This document shows positions 57,556 through 64,000 of a stretch of DNA of 64,000 nt, one piece after another. A model generated the notes under the pieces. That model searched no databases. It was not told the DNA's origin and saw nothing but the letters and a program-made list of their open reading frames with translations. The stretch covers positions 16,977-80,976 of the forward strand of contig DATDOV010000054.1 of NCBI GenBank assembly GCA_035293105.1, written 5' to 3'. Source of the DNA: Blastocatellia bacterium. GTDB lineage: Bacteria; Acidobacteriota; Blastocatellia; UBA7656. Position 1 is the stretch's first letter. Every line of letters begins with the position of its first letter. Both the position numbers and the translations under genes were made by a program.

Positions 57556-59136
57556 ATGAGCCGACTGATGTTCGTCTACCTCTCGGGAAGCGAGAAGGGC
57601 AAGACGCGAATATTTACCCAGAACCATGTGACGATCGGCACTTCCGACGCGTGCGACCTCAAGCTCGTGCCCGAGGAAGGCGGCACGCTCCCCGACGGCG
57701 TGATCGCAGATGTCTACGATGACGACGGCCATTTCCACATGATGCAGGGCCTCGAACTCGAACCCGTCGAGATCAAGATCAACGGCGAGGACGCCGGCGG
57801 CGACCCGCGTGATGCGGCCCACGTGCTGCACGACGGCGACACCATTCACTTCGGCCACGGGCTTTCGAGCGCGAGTGTCCTGTTTCAAGTGATGCCTGAG
57901 AACTTCGCGGCCGCGCCCCTCGCGGTACGCAATCAGAGGGAGATTGAGCCGGCGGCGGCCCAGCCGGTTCACCCGCTGACGGCGACTTTGTTCGTCAAGG
58001 AGCTGACCGCGAGCCTGTGGGCCGAAGTGCCGCGCCGGGTCAAGCTCATCGGTATGCTGACAACCGCCGCGGTCATCCTGGCGGTCGTCGGCTCGGCCTT
58101 CTTTGTGATCCTCACCGTCCATCGCAATACAAACGAGACGGAGAGGCTCCGCGAGATGGTGACCGACCAGCAGTCGACCCGCGAACGGGACCAGGAGACG
58201 ATAAGAAATCAACAGGAGGAGATCGCTCAGCTCCGAGAGCAGGGCGAGCAGTTGCAGCTCTTCACTCAAAAGATCGCCAATCAGTACAACCCCGGAGTGT
58301 GCCTGATCGTCGGCAGCTACCGTTTCGTCGAACGAGGCAGCGGCCGCGCGCTTAGATACGAGACGGCCGACGGCGCCAGTGACAGCCCGGTCGATCAGAA
58401 TGGAAACCTGCTGGCCTCGGTCGATGGCGCCGGTCCTCCGGTGCAGATCGACTACACCGGGACGGGCTTCGTCGTCGAAAAGGGTGTGATAGCGACGAAC
58501 CGCCACGTCGCGCAACCGTGGGCGACGGATTCGATCGCCCAATTAGTAATGTCGCAGGGCAGCGGCTTCAGGCCCAGGCTCGAAGCTTTATCGGCTTTCT
58601 TCCCGTCGATCCAGACGCCATTCGAATTGAGGCTGCTCGAAGCGTCCGACCGTTACGACATCGCGCTGTGCAGGTTCGACCAGGGCGACGCGGCGCTGCC
58701 CGTGCTGCCTCTGAGCACGGCTGACCCACGCACGATCATCGGTCTACCCATCGTTTTGCTTGGATACCCAACCGGCATTGACGGGCTGCTCCAGCGCGTC
58801 GACGAGAGCGAACGGAGCGAGATTCTCAAGCAGCGTGGCTTGTCGGCGGTCGATATCGCGGCCGGGCTCGCGTCGCGCGGGCTGATCAGGCCGCTGACCA
58901 CGACCGGGACAATCAGCGACGCGTTGCCGGGCCGGATCGTTCACAGCGCTCAAACGACGGAGGGCGGCTCGGGCAGCCCGATGTTTGATCGCGAGGGTCA
59001 CGTCATTGCCATCAACTCGGCGATACTGGCGACCACCGACGGCAACCAGAGCTTCGGCGGATCAAACTTCGGCGTGCCAATAAGAGCGACCTATGACATG
59101 CTGCTCGCCTACCACACAAGGCAAGGAAAGGACTAG
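57556..59136 (+). CDS. FHA-domain protein fused to a trypsin-like (S1) serine protease; single TM and coiled coil between them
   Basis: N-terminal FHA (...TIGTSDACDLKLV...DGDTIHFG). TM MLTTAAVILAVVGSAFFVILTV. Protease triad contexts ATNRHVA (His), DIALCRF (Asp) and TTEGGSGSPMF (Ser). Confidence 0.8.
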   Translation: MSRLMFVYLSGSEKGKTRIFTQNHVTIGTSDACDLKLVPEEGGTLPDGVIADVYDDDGHFHMMQGLELEPVEIKINGEDAGGDPRDAAHVLHDGDTIHFGHGLSSASVLFQVMPENFAAAPLAVRNQREIEPAAAQPVHPLTATLFVKELTASLWAEVPRRVKLIGMLTTAAVILAVVGSAFFVILTVHRNTNETERLREMVTDQQSTRERDQETIRNQQEEIAQLREQGEQLQLFTQKIANQYNPGVCLIVGSYRFVERGSGRALRYETADGASDSPVDQNGNLLASVDGAGPPVQIDYTGTGFVVEKGVIATNRHVAQPWATDSIAQLVMSQGSGFRPRLEALSAFFPSIQTPFELRLLEASDRYDIALCRFDQGDAALPVLPLSTADPRTIIGLPIVLLGYPTGIDGLLQRVDESERSEILKQRGLSAVDIAAGLASRGLIRPLTTTGTISDALPGRIVHSAQTTEGGSGSPMFDREGHVIAINSAILATTDGNQSFGGSNFGVPIRATYDMLLAYHTRQGKD

Positions 59137-59148
59137 GAGCGAGTCGTA

Positions 59149-59607
59149 TCACATTGGTTCGCTCGTGCCGACTTCAACCCCATCGAACCGAAGCAACTGG
59201 TCCTCCTGGCTCGGCGGCGGGATTACCTCGAACACGACCTGATCGAATTTCCCCTGCCCTCTGTAGAAGGACGTCTTGTAGCCGCGCCCATTGGTGAACT
59301 CGATCGTCTGAACTCCCCACTTGCCGAGCGCGGCGCTCGCCGGGAAATTCACCTCCACGTCGATCGCCTCCTTCGAGCAGGTCTCGCCGGAAGGGATGTC
59401 GGTCTCTCCGATGGCGATCTTGATCTTGCTGGAGGCGGCAAGGCTGAATTGAAAGCATTTGACGACTACTCTGTGGATGCCTGCCGGATCGTACGCGTGA
59501 ACGCGAAGCACCAGCTTCTCGCCCGCAACCACCCGGATATCAGCAGGACCATCACCGATCAAGCCGGAAAACATGAGTGTCCCTCTCCCCCCGAAAGTAG
59601 ATCCCAT
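59149..59607 (-). CDS. Hypothetical protein
   Basis: 152-aa ORF with coding-like composition; no family recognised. Confidence 0.35.
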   Translation of the reverse strand: MGSTFGGRGTLMFSGLIGDGPADIRVVAGEKLVLRVHAYDPAGIHRVVVKCFQFSLAASSKIKIAIGETDIPSGETCSKEAIDVEVNFPASAALGKWGVQTIEFTNGRGYKTSFYRGQGKFDQVVFEVIPPPSQEDQLLRFDGVEVGTSEPM

Positions 59608-59707
59608 CGTGTGAGGAAGCGCGTTGAGGCGGGCAGCTACGGAGATGAGTGAGTCAGTGATTCGGGACGGCCTGATGATAGCTGGCGAGGCGGCAGCCGG
59701 TCAACGG

Positions 59708-60904
59708 TCAGGCTGGAAAGTCTGGAGAGTCCAACTCGAAGAGGATCGCCTCGACGCGGGTCAATATCTTCTCCAGTTCCTTGTTGCCCGGCTGGAACTC
59801 GTAGATCAGCTTCACGAGCCTCGCCCGCTTTTGGTCCTGAGTGAGACGGCGCACCTGCTCGGCAGTCAGCTTCTTGAATCTCCTATTCGCCGCTGCGTTC
59901 GCTTGTAGAGTCTTCGAGCGCCGGAAGAAATCGATGATCCGGGCCGGCCCCGAACGAAATACGCTGAGGGGACGCGGCGATGAGCTCTCCGCGCGGACAA
60001 AGGAAGGCAGGTGGACTACGTTGGTCGCTTGTGGCGGAGCGGGAGCTTCGACAGTAACGGCCTTGCCGATGGCGACAACCGAGCGCGATGGCCGGCGACC
60101 TTTCTGTTCAATATCGTCGTAGGTCTCGCGCCACTCGGGATAGGCGATTGCGTAGGGAGAGGCCATGACGATTCGGGACGCGTTCTGCGCCTCCTCGATT
60201 TGCCCGACGGCGGCGTACTCGGTGGCCAGGGAGTTCAAGTAGGCGTAGTAGACGTACGGTTGCCACCTCGCGATTGAGTGCACGGCTTCAGAGAGACCCT
60301 CCAGATGGCGAACAGCGCCGTGGTGGAAGCCTTCGATGCCCTTGAAGGCAGCGACCATCCTTTGCGCCTCAAGTACCGTTGTCCGGTCGTGCGCTTCGTG
60401 TATAAGCCCAACACGCGCCGCCTCGACCCGAAGCGCGAGTGACGCATCGAGGTTACCTGCTCCGAATTCAAGCGCGCCCAGTGACTGCAACGCCCTTGCC
60501 ACGAACCGACGTGAAGGCCGGCTTACTACGCTCTCGAACATTCTCCTGGCTAGTTCGCGTCGGCCTTGCTGTTTTTCGTGCAAGGCTAAGTAGTACGTCG
60601 CTGCGGACTCGTACTCGGGCGGGAGGGGCAAGACCCTAAGCAAGGAGCCCACGCGAGCCACGACGTCTATTCGGCGCCAAGTGTACGCGTTGTCGGCCAA
60701 AGTCACGAGGTACTCAGCGCCGAGTCGCAAATCTTCCGCTTTGCAGAATCTTGCAGTAATCGCAGTGGCCATTTGCTGGTACAATCTGCCGTACACGATC
60801 TCAGTCGTAGTCGATTGGCCATCCTTCAAGGAGGAATTCGAGATGAGGATAAGATCGCTTTTTGCGGCTCTCTGCATTCTGGCTCTTCCGCTTCTATTCT
60901 TCAC
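59708..60904 (-). CDS. Hypothetical helical protein (start uncertain)
   Basis: 398-aa ORF. Alternative internal starts at 60877 or 60769 would remove the overlap with the convergent small gene. Confidence 0.5.
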   Translation of the reverse strand: MKNRSGRARMQRAAKSDLILISNSSLKDGQSTTTEIVYGRLYQQMATAITARFCKAEDLRLGAEYLVTLADNAYTWRRIDVVARVGSLLRVLPLPPEYESAATYYLALHEKQQGRRELARRMFESVVSRPSRRFVARALQSLGALEFGAGNLDASLALRVEAARVGLIHEAHDRTTVLEAQRMVAAFKGIEGFHHGAVRHLEGLSEAVHSIARWQPYVYYAYLNSLATEYAAVGQIEEAQNASRIVMASPYAIAYPEWRETYDDIEQKGRRPSRSVVAIGKAVTVEAPAPPQATNVVHLPSFVRAESSSPRPLSVFRSGPARIIDFFRRSKTLQANAAANRRFKKLTAEQVRRLTQDQKRARLVKLIYEFQPGNKELEKILTRVEAILFELDSPDFPA

Positions 60905-61181
60905 GGATCGGGATTACAACCGAACCGATGGAGCTACGAGTTTTGGCGTAGTGTTCGCTGGCCACAATCAGGCCGGCGAGCGATGCCAATGCGGCACGGA
61001 CGGCTGTACCTGCGATCCTGGCGACCCGGGATTCGGTAACTACGCGAGTCCGAGCCCCGTGGATAACGGGCCTGCCGCTCAACCCACGCCTGCCGATAGG
61101 GACCAACCGTCAGATTTCAATCCGGTCGCTGGCGTGTTGGTCCTCGTCGCGGTGCTGCTGTGGTCTAGAATGCGGGTGTAG
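60843..61181 (+). CDS. Small secreted Cys-rich protein with a C-terminal TM anchor and basic tail
   Basis: AAGGAGG RBS 8 nt before the ATG. Signal MRIRSLFAALCILALPLLFF. Motif CQCGTDGCTCDPGDPG. C-terminus PVAGVLVLVAVLLWSRMRV. Confidence 0.55.
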   Translation: MRIRSLFAALCILALPLLFFTDRDYNRTDGATSFGVVFAGHNQAGERCQCGTDGCTCDPGDPGFGNYASPSPVDNGPAAQPTPADRDQPSDFNPVAGVLVLVAVLLWSRMRV

Positions 61182-61427
61182 TTAACTCGTCCGCATTCTC
61201 AGATCCACTCTCATCGTTCCATCATTCCCGCCAAACGCATCGGCGGATGGGGAGTTGTGTTTGTTCCGAACCACCAGCATTCTACAACACTTCTCCCGAC
61301 ATTACACCAGACATTTTTTTCAGCGGCCCCGGCCTCGTCGCACCCTTCCGCGTTAAGACCCCTGTCGCTTCTCCCGCGCCCGGTATTCTGAGCATACCGC
61401 CCATAATATAAGTGCAGTTGCCGGGCT

Positions 61428-63254
61428 TCACTTCTGGCCGAACGGTCGTTGCTTACCCTCGAGCGCCTCTTTATACGCGCCGTTCGCCAGGTCGCCCAGC
61501 GCGATGGCCTTCTCGTACTCGGCTATCGCGTCGGCGCGAAACTCCTGAAAGTCGAGTATGCGGCCGATGAACAGATGACACCACTGGATTAGCCACGACT
61601 CGGATTCTCGCGACGCGCCCTCGATCGCCGCGCGGTATGACTTGATCGCTTGTTCGAGCCGGTCGTGCTGTGCCTGAATCTTGTCGTTCTCATCGGCCTT
61701 CGGGTCGAGCTCCGCTTTGCTCGGGGTCTGGCTGATCACTTGAGCCACGCCGAACAACGCGCGAGCGTTCCGAGGTTGCGCAGACAGAATCTCCTCGAGC
61801 ACGGCGCGCGCTTCTCCGAATCGGCGTTGTCGGATCAAATTGTCCGAGAGCAGAATCTTCTCGCCAAGCGTCGATGTGGACGCGGCCGTCGGCGCCGGCG
61901 TTCGCGCACCCGACGGGCGGGCCGCTGACACCCTGGCCACGATCGGTTCAAATTCCCTCGCGCGCACCGCCTCGCGATCGAACTTCGCGGTCGCAAGCAT
62001 CTGATCGAAGAAGTCCTCGATTCCCAGGCCCACCTTCTCAAGTCCCGTCAGCGAATCATAGAAATGAAACGAAAGCGTCGCGCCGCGCAAGTACGCCTGC
62101 GCCAGATCGAAGGCGGCTTCGTCTTCACTGTAAGGCCCCGCGGCTTGCGACCCCTTTATGCGCTTCATTCGCGCTTCCGCCGCCTGGGCGAGCGATTCCC
62201 TCAAGACGAGATACACGCTGAGCCCGAACTCCTTCGACGCGGTCGGCACCCCGGCCACGAGTTTCGTTATTTGATCCTTGTACGCGAGCGACGTCCGCAG
62301 CTTCCGCTCCACCATCGGATCGATGACGAAGCGGATGAGCGCCTGGCGGATCGCACTCGTCGTGGGTGTCGAGGACGGCCCGACAACCACAATGTAGTCA
62401 TCGCCGACTCGCCGAACCAGAAGCTCGTCCTTCTGATTCAGGATATCGCCGCGCACGATGGCGGTCCCAAGCGCCGCAAGCGGATCGAGCACGACGAACA
62501 CGTGCCGCGAGCGCGTACGGGTGACGACGCCCGCGTCCTTCTTCACTCCCGTGCCCGGCGTGGTTAACACCAGCGGCTTCATGTTGATGACGGTTTCAGT
62601 TTGGGCGTGAAAGTAATCGAGCGTCTCGTAGATCAGTTCGCCGACCGGGACTCTGTACGCGGCGGCATAAGTTTCAGCGGCGGCGAGGTACTTCGGAAGG
62701 ATCTCCTTGATCCCGCTCTTTATGTAGAACTCTTGCACGAGCGGGACGAAATCGAGCAGCGGCCGCAAGTCTGCGGGCACCGGGCCGTCGCTGCGCTGAA
62801 AGACCGAGAACGCCGGCGGTTGGGTCATCAGCATACTCAGCGCGGCGTATCGCATCGCATCGACGCTCTCCTCGACGCCTTCTCGGCGATGAGATCTATA
62901 AAACGCGGCGAGCTTGTCTTTGAGCGCCGGATCGAGTTTCGCGAGGTCGCGTCTCAACTGTGCGCGCGCCGGCGAGAGCGCCTGCCCCCCGGTCTCCTGA
63001 TCAAACCCGGCCATGTTGACGGCTGCCATCACGACGAGGGTGCGGACGTCTCCTTCGAGTCGCACGCCGACCTCGGAAGGCTCGATGAACCCGGCATTCG
63101 ATTGAGGACTCGAAGGTGGCTGGGTACCTCGCGCTTGGAGCTTTGCTTGCGGTGGTCTCGAAACGAGTGGGAGACCGCCGGCCATCGGAGCCGAAGATTC
63201 AGCGCTGCAGACGAAAAGCGAACATAGAAGGACCGCAACCAACGACGATTTCAT
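61428..63254 (-). CDS. Secreted protein with C-terminal TPR repeats
   Basis: Signal peptide MKSSLVAVLLCSLFVCSA; the C-terminal ~150 aa are TPR-like (AIKSYRAAIEGA..., AIAEYEKAIALGD...). Confidence 0.65.
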   Translation of the reverse strand: MKSSLVAVLLCSLFVCSAESSAPMAGGLPLVSRPPQAKLQARGTQPPSSPQSNAGFIEPSEVGVRLEGDVRTLVVMAAVNMAGFDQETGGQALSPARAQLRRDLAKLDPALKDKLAAFYRSHRREGVEESVDAMRYAALSMLMTQPPAFSVFQRSDGPVPADLRPLLDFVPLVQEFYIKSGIKEILPKYLAAAETYAAAYRVPVGELIYETLDYFHAQTETVINMKPLVLTTPGTGVKKDAGVVTRTRSRHVFVVLDPLAALGTAIVRGDILNQKDELLVRRVGDDYIVVVGPSSTPTTSAIRQALIRFVIDPMVERKLRTSLAYKDQITKLVAGVPTASKEFGLSVYLVLRESLAQAAEARMKRIKGSQAAGPYSEDEAAFDLAQAYLRGATLSFHFYDSLTGLEKVGLGIEDFFDQMLATAKFDREAVRAREFEPIVARVSAARPSGARTPAPTAASTSTLGEKILLSDNLIRQRRFGEARAVLEEILSAQPRNARALFGVAQVISQTPSKAELDPKADENDKIQAQHDRLEQAIKSYRAAIEGASRESESWLIQWCHLFIGRILDFQEFRADAIAEYEKAIALGDLANGAYKEALEGKQRPFGQK

Positions 63255-63796
63255 ATGGAAGTAAGATAGCGGCGCTCGACAGGAGGGTCAAGAAGATTGG
63301 ACCACCTCGGAGAGGTGGATGCAACCCCGTCAGGGGTTGGATGTTTATAGTAGGGCCGCCCGATGGGACAACCAACCCCGTCAAGTGGACCCCGGCAGAC
63401 CCTCGCGGACCTCACCATATGCCTTAAGCGATTAGGGCCATCGGCAACTGGTCCGTTTGTGTTGGCTTCTGGCACGTTAAAACCATCGCCGTCTGCTTCA
63501 TCGCAATATCGAGGCTGTATCAAGCTTCGGGGAGCGCGGACTCCCCTACGGTCTACGTGTTTCCCTGTGTACGCTTCAACTGGCTTGTTCGGCTTTGGCC
63601 TCCTGAGCAGCAGTTGCAACACTCGGTACGGGTGGCTGGTTAGACCTTACCCGGCAGGGACTCTCACCCTGCAAGAAGATGCCAAGCTTACCTTGGCGCT
63701 ACCAACGTCAGGCGTCAGCGGGCGCGCGACGTGGTACTCGAACAACGGCGAACACCGGCTCGCGCGCTCCGCTGCACGACCGAGTTCGGCATTTTC

Positions 63797-64000
63797 GTCA
63801 AGGACCTGAAACGCGAGTCGCATCAAATCTGCCGACTGTCGGTCCGCCCGCAAAGCCGGACCAGCGAAGGATCCCGACCAAGCGCTCGTCCTCGATGGAG
63901 GCGTCAACGATCCAGTTGGCGTCGGACATAGTTGGATTGAAGTCAATCTCCATTTCTTTCCCATCGACCCTTCCAACAAGATTACCGGTGCCATCTATGT
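63797..64000 (-). CDS. C-terminal fragment of a hypothetical protein entering from the right edge
   Basis: Reverse-strand frame open from the edge to a TGA at 63797. Translation ...IDGTGNLVGRVDGKEMEIDFNPTMSDANWIVDASIEDERLVGILRWSGF.... Confidence 0.3.

Noticed and set aside
57532-58542. 336-aa reverse-strand ORF inside the FHA-protease gene
   Set aside because: Antisense shadow with low-complexity R/D/L composition. The sense-strand domains are unambiguous.
60760-60904. Overlap of the 398-aa reverse-strand gene start with the small Cys-rich plus-strand gene
   Set aside because: This is probably start-codon over-extension of the reverse-strand ORF (internal starts exist) rather than a genuine 60-bp antisense gene overlap. 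It is kept as a note, not a feature.
63400-63700. RNase P RNA-like motifs (GGGGAGTCCGCGCTCCCC resembling GGAAAGUCCGGGCUCC; AGGGTGAGAG...GGTAAGG; GCCGATGGCC)
   Set aside because: The motifs occur in the wrong order and orientation relative to the bacterial type-A RNase P consensus. CR-IV/CR-V (ACAGAAxCCGGCUUA) is absent. This was treated as chance resemblance in GC-rich DNA.

Overview
High-GC chromosomal segment, probably from an Acidobacteria-like soil bacterium (lineage is my inference; no rRNA in the window). All calls come from reading the six-frame translations for family signatures, motif spacing, start-codon context and nucleotide repeats. No database search was run.

Layout, left to right:
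(1) 0.9-8.5 kb: reverse-strand arginine operon argR-argG-X-argC-argD-argF'-argB with a palindromic putative ArgR operator. X is a non-canonical 370-aa protein, and argF' is an N-acyl-ornithine carbamoyltransferase rather than a classical OTCase.
(2) 8.7-17.3 kb: accessory genes. These are a 906-aa secreted beta-helix/HYR-repeat protein, an SDR, an Ig-like secreted protein, a 176-bp inverted-repeat (MITE-like) element and a caspase(C14)-TPR protein.
(3) 17.4-23.6 kb: the most unusual neighbourhood. It holds a ferredoxin, a HEAT-repeat membrane protein and two GNAT acetyltransferases. An uncharacterised ~110-aa domain occurs three times (once fused to a GNAT, once Tat-secreted, once Sec-secreted). 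A strong sigma70-like promoter drives three tandem phage-tail-collar (MdpB-like) paralogs.
(4) 24-36.4 kb: a 2637-aa giant adhesin-like protein (DUF11, cadherin-like, beta-helix and ~11 HYR repeats), a 904-aa hexaheme cytochrome c and an orphan ATP-grasp ligase.
(5) 36.5-52 kb: a ~15.6-kb reverse-strand respiratory operon. It encodes Rieske, a split cytochrome b, a 1124-aa membrane-anchored octaheme cytochrome c, a lipoprotein, heme A synthase, heme O synthase, aa3-type oxidase subunits II, I, III, III' and IV-like, and DUF420.
(6) 52-64 kb: UspA, a secreted protein with a secretin-like C-terminal tail, an SDR, a PilZ-like protein, a TolB-like beta-propeller, an FHA-trypsin-protease fusion, a small Cys-rich anchored protein, a TPR protein, and a ~540-bp highly structured intergenic region.

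No CRISPR, rRNA or convincing tRNA was seen. The many long ORFs antisense to real genes are typical high-GC shadows and were rejected.
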